Assembly: GCA_963753595.1 (NCBI GenBank)
Contig: CAVWCX010000011.1
Span: 1-37,919, forward strand
Origin: Candidatus Methanoperedenaceae archaeon
Lineage (GTDB): Archaea; Halobacteriota; Methanosarcinia; Methanosarcinales; Methanoperedenaceae
Direction of reading: 5' to 3'
Length of the DNA stretch: 37,919 nucleotides
Of this stretch, positions 19,240 to 28,213 are shown piece by piece. The position numbers were made by a program, and so were the translations under genes. The notes beneath the pieces were generated by a model. That model made no database searches, was not told the DNA's origin, and saw only the letters and a program-made list of their open reading frames with translations. Positions within the stretch are counted from its first letter, which is position 1; every line of letters starts with the position of its first letter.

Positions 19240-20375
19240 ATTGAATTCTTATAATCTTTGATTTTTTCTGCAATATATTCCAGGCTGTCGTCTTCCATTT
19301 TAGGGAACAGGGGCAATGTTATTATACGTTTGAATGTATTTTCTGTTACTGGAAAATCATTTTTATCAAAATTAAAATTTTCTATATAATAACTATGTCT
19401 ATATGCTGGAATGTAATGCACATTCACACCAATATTTGCATTCTTCATATACTTAAAAAAATTATCACGGCTTATTGATTCATCCAGCAGGATCGTATAT
19501 ATATGCCAGGCATGTCTGATATTATCTTTAAGGATTGGCAATCGGACAAAATCAATATCCTTCAGAAGTTCATTATACTTCATGGCAAGCTCATTTCGCC
19601 TTTCAATAAATTTATCCAACTTTTTAAGTTGGGATCTCCCTAATGCGGCCTGAAAATCCGTTATCCTGTAATTCCTTCCAAGATATTTCATATCATATGC
19701 CCATGAAGCGTCTTTTCCATATCGATCCATGGTATTTCTATCGATTCCATGCGTTCTTAGAAGTGATATTTTTTCATACAACTCTTTATTATTAGTAGCT
19801 ACAGCACCACCTTCTCCTGTAGTTATATGCTTTACAGGATGGAAACTGAAGATCGTAAGGTTTGCAAAATTTCCAACCTTGGTATGTTTATATTCTGCAC
19901 CTATCGCATGACAGGCATCCTCTATCAAAAAGAGGTCATATTCATCAGCGACCTCTCTTATTTCTTTAATATCACATGGATGCCCTGCATAATCCACATA
20001 AATAATAGCCTTTGTTTTCTTAGTAATTTTTTTTCGAATATCTTCTGGATCAATGTTGAAGGTATCGCGGCTTATATCTGCAAAAACGGGTACCAAATTA
20101 TTGTATATTATTGCATTTGATGTAGCTACAAATGTAAAAGGAGTCGTAATGACCTCGCTACCTTTGGGAAGATCCAATGACTGGACAGCAATATCAAGTG
20201 CGCTTGTTCCGCTATTGACGGCAACACAATATTTACACTCTATATATGCACACAATGCATCTTCGAATTCCTTTATCCTTGGGCCGGTTGTAATCCAGTC
20301 ACTCTGTAAAACGTTTATTACCTCATCAATATCTTCTTGTTCGATCCATTGCAAACCATAAGGTATGAATTTCAT
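19236..20375 (-). CDS. pseC: UDP-4-amino-4,6-dideoxy-N-acetyl-beta-L-altrosamine transaminase (DegT family)
   Basis: IPYGLQ, EDACHAIG, FSFHPVKHITTGEGG, NYRITDFQAALG and NVHYIP motifs; ATG after GAGGTG. Confidence 0.85.
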   Translation of the reverse strand: MKFIPYGLQWIEQEDIDEVINVLQSDWITTGPRIKEFEDALCAYIECKYCVAVNSGTSALDIAVQSLDLPKGSEVITTPFTFVATSNAIIYNNLVPVFADISRDTFNIDPEDIRKKITKKTKAIIYVDYAGHPCDIKEIREVADEYDLFLIEDACHAIGAEYKHTKVGNFANLTIFSFHPVKHITTGEGGAVATNNKELYEKISLLRTHGIDRNTMDRYGKDASWAYDMKYLGRNYRITDFQAALGRSQLKKLDKFIERRNELAMKYNELLKDIDFVRLPILKDNIRHAWHIYTILLDESISRDNFFKYMKNANIGVNVHYIPAYRHSYYIENFNFDKNDFPVTENTFKRIITLPLFPKMEDDSLEYIAEKIKDYKNSI

Positions 20376-20385
20376 GGCACCTCTA

Positions 20386-21066
20386 TTATTTTTCAATTTT
20401 AAACTTCATTTCAGGATATAAATCATAATTCTTCCTCAGCAAGGAAACTGATATCCGGCTCATGTTATCAACATCTGGATCAAATTCCTTTGTTTCATGG
20501 TGACCGGTCATGAAACCCACGAGAGTATAAAGGTTAGAACTTGTGAATAATTTGGTATAATCTTGTTTAAATGTCCACATTTGTTCATCTTTGACATGAT
20601 GATAATTTACTTTTACAGGGGAGTCCGGCATGAAATCCCCAATGACCAAGATACCTTTATCTGAAAGAACTCTATCAATCTCAAATATTGACTTAAATAA
20701 TTTTTCGCGACTAATCCAGTGAAAAACAAAATTTATAATTATCATATCGAATTTTATAGTATTATCAAATGGTAATTCACTGGCAAGACTTTTGTGGAAT
20801 TCGATGTGGGGATATCTTTCTTTTCCATCTTTGATGGCATGTTCTGAAGGCTCAACAGCAGTACATTTAGAACCATATAAATTTTTGAGCTCGTTTAATC
20901 GAAAACCGTTGCTTGCACCAATTTCCAGCACATTTTTTGGAACAATTTTATATAGACGGATAATATCCAAAATAAAGTCATGTTTTGATATTTTAACAAT
21001 ACTGTCAACATTCCTTTTAAACCAATTGTCTCCTTCATAATTCAAAAAAATGTTATCCTGATTCAT
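20386..21066 (-). CDS. Class I SAM-dependent methyltransferase (nonulosonate-cluster associated)
   Basis: EGDNWFKRN, VLEIGASNG, FDMII and EIDRVL motifs. Confidence 0.8.
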   Translation of the reverse strand: MNQDNIFLNYEGDNWFKRNVDSIVKISKHDFILDIIRLYKIVPKNVLEIGASNGFRLNELKNLYGSKCTAVEPSEHAIKDGKERYPHIEFHKSLASELPFDNTIKFDMIIINFVFHWISREKLFKSIFEIDRVLSDKGILVIGDFMPDSPVKVNYHHVKDEQMWTFKQDYTKLFTSSNLYTLVGFMTGHHETKEFDPDVDNMSRISVSLLRKNYDLYPEMKFKIEK

Positions 21067-21100
21067 TATCTCAGCCTTTTATGCTATCCTTTATTTATTT

Positions 21101-22033
21101 TCATTGACTTTCCATCCATTTTTTTACAGAGTCAACACCTTTTTTAAGGTTAGTTCTCGGTTCCCAACCCAGCATCTCTTTAGCTTTTGAATAATTGCAT
21201 AACAATTTCGGTATCTCACTCTGCGGATGTATATGTTTTACATGTTTAATTCGCATTGGGTCTTTGCATATCATAGCTGCAAGATCGTTTATTGTGATAT
21301 CCTCACCTGAACCCGCATTTAGTACTTCACCATTAACATAATTAGAACATGCTGCCATAACCACGAATTCCGCACAATCTTCTACATACATCAAATCTCG
21401 CGTTTGGTTTCCATCACCATATATGTTGGAAACGTCCTTATTAATCTCTTTTTGAATAAATACAGAAACTACCCCCCCCTCGCCTGTGGATTTTTGAAAA
21501 GGTCCATATGTATTAAAAGGGCGAAGGATAACAGTGGGCAATCCGTATGCATGATAGTATGATTGTACCATATTCTCTCCAGCGAGCTTTGCGCCAGCAT
21601 ATGGAGACGTTGCCTTTGTGGGGTGGATTTCTGATATGGCACCGCCCGCGGACGCAGTGTCATATACCATGCATGTACTCATGAAAACGAACTTTGTGTT
21701 TGTCTTTTTTGCTTCTTCAAGAACATTGAACGTTCCCACAACATCATTCTCAAAAGTCCTCCTTGGATGATCGATACTGTCCTGTACCACGATGCTGGCC
21801 GCCAGATGGATGCAAATATCAAAATTGTTCCGGAATAATCTGGATAACAATGTTGTATCCTTGATGTCGCCAATCGTTATATCGAGATCGGGATTATCCC
21901 TGAATTCATCAAGATTCTCGGCGCGCCCGTTGGACAGGTCGTCCAATACCCATACGTGATTATTATCCTCAAGCAATCGTTTGACAACCCATCGTCCTAT
22001 AAAACCAGAACCTCCTGTTACCAAAACATTCAT
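21101..22033 (-). CDS. NAD-dependent nucleotide-sugar epimerase/dehydratase (extended SDR)
   Basis: TGGSGFIG, HLAA, SPYAGAK, LRPFNTYGP and GDGNQTRD motifs. Confidence 0.9.
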   Translation of the reverse strand: MNVLVTGGSGFIGRWVVKRLLEDNNHVWVLDDLSNGRAENLDEFRDNPDLDITIGDIKDTTLLSRLFRNNFDICIHLAASIVVQDSIDHPRRTFENDVVGTFNVLEEAKKTNTKFVFMSTCMVYDTASAGGAISEIHPTKATSPYAGAKLAGENMVQSYYHAYGLPTVILRPFNTYGPFQKSTGEGGVVSVFIQKEINKDVSNIYGDGNQTRDLMYVEDCAEFVVMAACSNYVNGEVLNAGSGEDITINDLAAMICKDPMRIKHVKHIHPQSEIPKLLCNYSKAKEMLGWEPRTNLKKGVDSVKKWMESQ

Positions 22034-22062
22034 TTTTGTACCTTCGCAGTTACATATGCCAT

Positions 22063-23097
22063 CTAATATATAATCCTCTCCTTCATTAGAATTTTTTTTA
22101 TCTCATCCTTTGTGATCGGAATTACATCCTTTGATACATAATCCTTCGATTTGATCGGAACTGCATTATACGCAGATACATCTATTTTTGTCAATTCATC
22201 TTCGATCTGAGGCAATATTACGAACATATCATCGCCTTCAAGTGACCGACTTGCCTCATCCTCTGTCATCAGTTCTTCGTACATCTTCTCACCAGGTTTT
22301 GTTCCGATGATCTCTATCTTGAGATCCTCAGGCCGGTGACCATAACGCGGTGCCAGTTCAGCTATAAGCACTTCAGCCAGATCGAAAATGTTTATAGTGG
22401 GCATCTTAAATATAAATACTTCTCCTCCCTGCGACATCTGTGCAGATTTAAATACAAGTTCGACCGCTTGTGACATAGACATCATAAAGCGTGTCATTGT
22501 CGGGTCAGTGATCGTTACAGGACCTCCATCTTTAATTTGCCTCTTGAATAATGGGATCACAGAACCGCGAGATCCCATTACATTGCCGAATCTGACACTG
22601 GAAAACACGCAGTCGCGTGCGCCCTTATAATAATTTGCAGAAGTCATCAGTTTTTCTGCCAGAAGCTTAGTAGTTCCCATTGTGTTGGATGGATTCACGG
22701 CTTTATCGCTGCTTGTAAAAATGATTTTGCCTACATTGTTATTTATGGCGGCTTCGATGACATTCTGCATACCAATTACATTTGTCTTTACCGCTTCAAA
22801 GGGATTATATTCACATGCCATCACATGTTTCAGTGCTGCAGTATGGAAGATTACGTCAATGCCTTCCGTCGCACGATTAAGCCGCTCTTTATCCCGCACA
22901 TCGCCAAGAAGATATCTGACAACGTCTTCATGTTCCTTTAGTTCTTGCTGGAGATCGAACTGTTCTGTCTCATCCACATCAAAAATTCTAATAACTTTAG
23001 GATTATTTTGCAGGATCTTGTGCACAAGTTCGCGACCAAGGGAACCTGTGCCGCCGGTTATGAGGATATTTTTATTTTGCAGGAAATTGTATTTCAT
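22063..23097 (-). CDS. UDP-GlcNAc 4,6-dehydratase (PseB/CapD/CapE-like)
   Basis: TGGTGSLG, AALKHV, SSDKAVNP, MGTTK, RFGNVMGSRGSVIPLF, MTRF and PGEK motifs. Confidence 0.9.
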   Translation of the reverse strand: MKYNFLQNKNILITGGTGSLGRELVHKILQNNPKVIRIFDVDETEQFDLQQELKEHEDVVRYLLGDVRDKERLNRATEGIDVIFHTAALKHVMACEYNPFEAVKTNVIGMQNVIEAAINNNVGKIIFTSSDKAVNPSNTMGTTKLLAEKLMTSANYYKGARDCVFSSVRFGNVMGSRGSVIPLFKRQIKDGGPVTITDPTMTRFMMSMSQAVELVFKSAQMSQGGEVFIFKMPTINIFDLAEVLIAELAPRYGHRPEDLKIEIIGTKPGEKMYEELMTEDEASRSLEGDDMFVILPQIEDELTKIDVSAYNAVPIKSKDYVSKDVIPITKDEIKKILMKERIIY

Positions 23098-23154
23098 ATA
23101 ACAGTCCACTACATTGTATTTTTGGTTTTCATTCTCATAATCCCCTTCAATTAA

Positions 23155-24444
23155 TTATAAATCTTCCCATGTAAAACTATCTCTTAATTGATTTAATGAA
23201 TTTTCTATCGCGCACTCATCGCGCAACTTTAAAATGTTTTTCCTGAATGTCTGGAATTCATGAATGTATTTCTCATAATTTTCAATAATATCTTCTATTT
23301 TACTCACAAATTCCTCAAGGCTGTTGCAACAAATTCCGATTGGATTTTCACGTTTATTAAAGGTATTAATACAATCATTATTAAAATGTAGAATCGGTTT
23401 AGTGTAAGACAAAGATTCGAGAATTGAACCACTACAACTAAGCCGGTAACGACTTATGTCATATAATATGAGAAACACATCAATATCTCTGGCATATTTT
23501 TCCATATCACTTCTATCCAGCACCTTTCCAGGGCTTGGACATATAATATTCGGGAAACCTACAGTTCCTCTATTATCCATCCCGATAATACGGATTTCAT
23601 ACGGTTTTTTTAACTCTTTTTGCGAAAGTTGATAAAGCACATTGTGTAGCATCAATGAATTCCCATAACCGAAAGTTGCAAATTTGGCATATTCATTATT
23701 TGGCGCAGGGGTTGGTCCTGCAAAAATAGTAGGAAGTATAACAGTATACAGATTCAATTCTTTTACATCTATATACTTCTGTGCATTTATAATAACATGA
23801 GGTGATAAACAAATATATTTAAAGTCAGAAGAATGTTTCCAGAGCAACATTTCCCTTTCTTTAAACAATTTTGTGGATATCGATTGCCAGGGCATATTAA
23901 TTAATTGTGTGATAACCCCCGCAGCTTTGCGGAGAAAGTCTTTGAATTTCGTTTGTATGATAGTTTTAATAATATATTTATTTGTTAATTGTTTGATGGG
24001 CAACGATAATCCACCCGGCTTATCGTATCCATTCGCAATATTTTCAAAGCTTCCATGAAGCACGAGAGTGAATTTCAGGTTCAAAAAATTGCGTTGTTGC
24101 TTTAATTTTTTAATCACATAGAGAATCGAAGGACTAAATGACAAAAAGAAGATTTTATTAGTTCCTGCCCCAAGTACGTCAGAAAATATTTTTTTGAAAA
24201 GTGAGTAGTATGTGATCATACCCCATATACTATAAATGTCCCGGAATTTAATCGGAATATATTCAATAGTATTAATTAAGACTTTATCATGAATTAAAAT
24301 TTTCTTAATTGCCTCAATGTGTGTAATGTCTGCATAAAATCTTATTGCTTCCTGCGGATAAGCTAAACTTAGTCCATAAATAAAGCCACTGTTAACTTTT
24401 TCGTGACTTATTCCTTTGTTTATCGGATCACAGATTATTATCAT
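23155..24444 (-). CDS. Divergent GT-B glycosyltransferase-like protein
   Basis: HEKVN near the N-terminus; C-terminal Y...Y.LSCSGSILESLSYTKPI resembles the GT4 donor-binding region; operon context. Confidence 0.55.
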   Translation of the reverse strand: MIIICDPINKGISHEKVNSGFIYGLSLAYPQEAIRFYADITHIEAIKKILIHDKVLINTIEYIPIKFRDIYSIWGMITYYSLFKKIFSDVLGAGTNKIFFLSFSPSILYVIKKLKQQRNFLNLKFTLVLHGSFENIANGYDKPGGLSLPIKQLTNKYIIKTIIQTKFKDFLRKAAGVITQLINMPWQSISTKLFKEREMLLWKHSSDFKYICLSPHVIINAQKYIDVKELNLYTVILPTIFAGPTPAPNNEYAKFATFGYGNSLMLHNVLYQLSQKELKKPYEIRIIGMDNRGTVGFPNIICPSPGKVLDRSDMEKYARDIDVFLILYDISRYRLSCSGSILESLSYTKPILHFNNDCINTFNKRENPIGICCNSLEEFVSKIEDIIENYEKYIHEFQTFRKNILKLRDECAIENSLNQLRDSFTWEDL

Positions 24445-25315
24445 TATATTCCATCATTATATCTGCCAGCTTATAAAAATCTACTTTTGGCTGCCATCCA
24501 ATACTTCGTATCAATTCAGGATTGCTAACTAAAATTTTGTAATCAGGTGTAAAATCATGATATATGATTACATAATCTTCCCAATTCCTGTTGATTTTTT
24601 TGAAGCAGTATTCTACCCATTCCTTAATACTGTGAGCTTCGCCACTGCCAATTATTGCCTCGAATACAGTCTCCTGGTTTATCAATGTCCAAACCGCTTC
24701 AACCACATCACCTGCATAATTAAATTCCTTTTTTACATCGATATTTCCTAATTCCAACTTTTCAGTACTGCCATTAGCAATCCTTTTTACTGAGCTTACT
24801 ATTTTTTGGTTTACATGCTTCTCGGATCTCAATGGACTGTCATGATTAAAAAAATAGCCTACATACACTTTTAAACCAAAAGCAGAACGATAATATCTGC
24901 CTGCGTAAACCGATTGAATACGAGCCACAGAATAAGGACTACTTGCCTCAAAAGGAGTTTGTTCATCGATAGGTATCCCTTCGTTCTTAAACTGCATAGC
25001 ACTGCCGGATAAAAACACTCTCACTGTTGGACAATGCAGCCGGACGCACTCCAGGATATTGAGCGTTCCGGTGCTTATTGCTTTGTGATTATCAAACAAT
25101 GCAGAATGGTGCGTGGTGGAATTAGCTGCGAAATGAAAAATGTAGTTTGGTCGATGATGCTTTATTATTGATTCGACAAAAGAATAATCAGCCACATCAC
25201 CCTTTGAATCGCCATGAGAGCGGGAGACTCCAATAACTTCTATGTTTTTATTTCGAAGTAACTCCGAAAGATAATGTCCATCTTGACCGCTAATACCAAA
25301 TATAAGTGCTTTCAT
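24428..25315 (-). CDS. GMD-like short SDR, probable GDP-4-keto-6-deoxysugar reductase
   Basis: GISGQDGHYL, HFAA, SPYSVAR, FNHDSPLR and LGNID motifs; lacks the GMD TSE catalytic motif. Confidence 0.75.
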   Translation of the reverse strand: MKALIFGISGQDGHYLSELLRNKNIEVIGVSRSHGDSKGDVADYSFVESIIKHHRPNYIFHFAANSTTHHSALFDNHKAISTGTLNILECVRLHCPTVRVFLSGSAMQFKNEGIPIDEQTPFEASSPYSVARIQSVYAGRYYRSAFGLKVYVGYFFNHDSPLRSEKHVNQKIVSSVKRIANGSTEKLELGNIDVKKEFNYAGDVVEAVWTLINQETVFEAIIGSGEAHSIKEWVEYCFKKINRNWEDYVIIYHDFTPDYKILVSNPELIRSIGWQPKVDFYKLADIMMEYNDNNL

Positions 25316-25339
25316 GAAATATTATCTTCTAGAAAATTA

Positions 25340-25792
25340 TCATCCGTTATCAGATGCTCTTCTTTCTATCAATTTGACAAAAAAATCATCAATAGCATCA
25401 ATACATCTTGTCCTTTCAAGATTAAGAATTGCCAACTGTTTAATCACTTTATCTTTTTCATTAATGGGTATTTTTTCAAATTCATACACTTTTTCCTGCT
25501 CATGCCAAAGAAGACAATTAGTTTCAGCAAGTTTGCCAAAAACAACCCCAATAGTACTATTTGTTACCTGTATCTCATTTAGCTCCCCTTTGAATACTTT
25601 ATTAGATTTAAAGGTTAGTTTGCCTATAGGGATCACGCCATTTATTGCATCCGCTATAAACTCATCAATTTCATCTATAAGTTGTTGTTGCTGCTTTTGT
25701 AGACTATGTAACTTAACTTGATCATCGGAATGGTAAAGTTTGAGTTTTACAATTGTAAATTTATCACAAAGAGATCCCAATGTTTCTGCCAT
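25340..25792 (-). CDS. Small helical protein, DUF4254/DUF6165-like
   Basis: ETLGSLCDKFTIVKLKLYH and NCLLWHEQE...NLERTRCIDAID motifs; GGAGG SD sequence. Confidence 0.55.
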   Translation of the reverse strand: MAETLGSLCDKFTIVKLKLYHSDDQVKLHSLQKQQQQLIDEIDEFIADAINGVIPIGKLTFKSNKVFKGELNEIQVTNSTIGVVFGKLAETNCLLWHEQEKVYEFEKIPINEKDKVIKQLAILNLERTRCIDAIDDFFVKLIERRASDNG

Positions 25793-25902
25793 ATTAAAAG
25801 CCTCCTATCATATCTGCGTATTTGATTGTTACCTCAATAGTCTTGTCAAATAATGACTGTCTAAACCATTCACATTAAAAGTGAGGGTATTTACTACTGC
25901 GT

Positions 25903-27663
25903 CTAGTTCCATATAATTTTATTTATAATATTTCTATTATTAGTCGTTTTATCAACAAACAATGCATTGACACTGTTACTAAAAATATATAAATACTTTT
26001 GTTTATCCATAAATAATATAATATCTCTAGTTTCAAGATTGGATTCTACCATTACCAAGGTTGGTCGATACTTATCCCAATTATTACTTTTTAAAATAGC
26101 TAAATCGTGACCTTCTGCATCTACTGACATAAAGTCTATATGCTTATTATCCAAGTAGGTATCAAGTACTTCGGACAAACGCATAACCTTTACAGATATA
26201 GAAGTTATTTCCAAATTCAACATTTTGGCCATTCTGATTGCTTGAGGATAATCTAATGTAGAGATAGAAGAATCATTGCCAATTAAATAAAAGATGATAT
26301 CTCCGGTATTTTCAGAAACAGCTATATTTAAGTTGACATCACATGGTCTATTTTCATTAATTCTTTTGTATCCCTCAAGATTTGGCTCAATATTTATACC
26401 TCGCCATCCTCTTGAATAAAAACGTTGGGTATTGCTACCACAAAATGGGTCGTTGGCACCCACATCTACATAAAAGCCAGTTTGCTGATTATTTAGCATC
26501 ATATCTATCAATAAATCTTCCTGGAATTGGCTATAAGAATTTAATGCTGAGTGGACGAAAGGCTTCAACGATATATCTTCTTGGTTATTGAATGCCATTA
26601 ATTTGCGTCGTATTTTTAGTGCTATCGGTGGTATAAAATCTGAAAGTTGTAGATTTCTAAATATTTTATCCATAATATTTACAGATGGCAATTTGATTTT
26701 TTTTTTGGTATGTATTTTGAGAGGTTTTACATTGTTTTTTTGCAATACATCTTCAAATTTCAATGCAAAGTTTAAGGGTTTCCAATCTTCTTGAATTTTA
26801 TGAACCAAAGGAGCAGTTAGTTCAATAGAATCTTTTAGACTAAAATATGGATAAGGTTTGATATAACTATGAATATGTCTAAAAGTAGGATTTGTTGAAA
26901 TGGCAAGTGGTCTACCACTTGCAATCGCTTGATCGGTGGTAGCCGACAAACCATTCCCAACGCGTCGGTTATATAAAAACACATTCAACGTATTTTGGGC
27001 ACACCAATTTATCAACTCTTGCTTGTCAAAATAATTGCGAGTTATTTCAATCCTTATTTGTTTTTTAGTGGGACAGTTTGCCAATTGATTTGTAAAATTA
27101 TCGAAATCTTTAGAAGGTGTGTAATCAGCTTTGGGAATATTAATTCTTATTAAAGCTTCATCAAACTCTTCATTAACAGCCTTAATTACTTCGTCAAAAC
27201 CTTTATCAGAAGAGCTTAAACCAAAAGTTCCTATTATTGGTATCTTTTTAGCTTGATACGGTGCGATAGAATGATGAGGAATATCTAACGGACGGGGGAA
27301 AGCATACACATTATGTTGAACATGCTTACAAGTAGGATCTAGAACAATATAAGCATCGAAATCATCTTTAGAAACACATGCAAAGGGATCATTTGGAGAA
27401 ACCTCCAAAACAATAGCTGCTTTAAACCCTGGCAGTTGATTTATGAATTTTGTGTCCAACCATCCCATTGTGACCCAGTGATAATTGAATATATAAAAAT
27501 CATATTCGGTGCTTATATATCTATTTGTTTTACTCAATTCCAGATAATCTAACTGGTACATTTTAGACAAAATAAGACATTCATATGCCATTTTGCCTGA
27601 TTCATATATGCTACAAACTGCTTTTTCGGTATTTAAAAAAAGCCCTCTAAGTTGGTTAGTCAT
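25903..27663 (-). CDS. Fusion of a glycosyltransferase-like domain and an FkbM-family methyltransferase
   Basis: N-terminal half has IGTFG...KGF and SATTDQAIASGRP; C-terminal half has YSQFQED, YVDVGANDP, GINIEPN and IDFMSVDAEGHD. ATG 27663 follows GGAGA. Confidence 0.8.
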   Translation of the reverse strand: MTNQLRGLFLNTEKAVCSIYESGKMAYECLILSKMYQLDYLELSKTNRYISTEYDFYIFNYHWVTMGWLDTKFINQLPGFKAAIVLEVSPNDPFACVSKDDFDAYIVLDPTCKHVQHNVYAFPRPLDIPHHSIAPYQAKKIPIIGTFGLSSSDKGFDEVIKAVNEEFDEALIRINIPKADYTPSKDFDNFTNQLANCPTKKQIRIEITRNYFDKQELINWCAQNTLNVFLYNRRVGNGLSATTDQAIASGRPLAISTNPTFRHIHSYIKPYPYFSLKDSIELTAPLVHKIQEDWKPLNFALKFEDVLQKNNVKPLKIHTKKKIKLPSVNIMDKIFRNLQLSDFIPPIALKIRRKLMAFNNQEDISLKPFVHSALNSYSQFQEDLLIDMMLNNQQTGFYVDVGANDPFCGSNTQRFYSRGWRGINIEPNLEGYKRINENRPCDVNLNIAVSENTGDIIFYLIGNDSSISTLDYPQAIRMAKMLNLEITSISVKVMRLSEVLDTYLDNKHIDFMSVDAEGHDLAILKSNNWDKYRPTLVMVESNLETRDIILFMDKQKYLYIFSNSVNALFVDKTTNNRNIINKIIWN

Positions 27664-27745
27664 TTGTTCTCCTATATAAATATTAACTTGCGTTGGGCAC
27701 ACTTTAATATCACTTCGCCGAATTGACCCAAATATCTCTCAAACC

Positions 27746-28105
27746 TCACCTTATTCCCCCTGTCCAGGCACCATCGCCGATTACATTGTCTTGACCTTTC
27801 TGTGGAATACCTCTCATTCGGTCTCTGCCAAGAGAATAATCATGGGTTTCAGTATTTATGGAAACGTTCTGGTCACACAACATGTATTCACTTATTGTAA
27901 TTGTTCCCGAGTTCGTGTTTAAAAGTGCATTAGACATAGTTGCTGTCTTCTCAATTCGCACACGTTTAGGGTCTACAAAAATGCGAACGTAGTTAAGCAT
28001 GATATCCATTACGAATGGACATAGCAATCCTCGAATAATGCGGTAAATGCAACTTCGTCCTCTAGTCCGTTTCCCAAATAATTCCTTTGGAATATTTCGA
28101 ATCAT
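27746..28105 (-). pseudogene. Truncated hexapeptide-repeat (LbH) acyltransferase
   Basis: SGTITISEYMLCDQNVSINTETHDY...NVIGDGAWTGG then a premature stop; the usual C-terminal coils and GxPA motif are missing. Confidence 0.65.
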
Positions 28106-28213
28106 TCCTTATTATCCACTACCTGATTCGGGTATTAGTTATAATTTTATTTATTGATTGGGTACAATACGAGAGGAAAGTTAAATTTCGAATCCCTTGG
28201 TGTCTAGTCTGGA

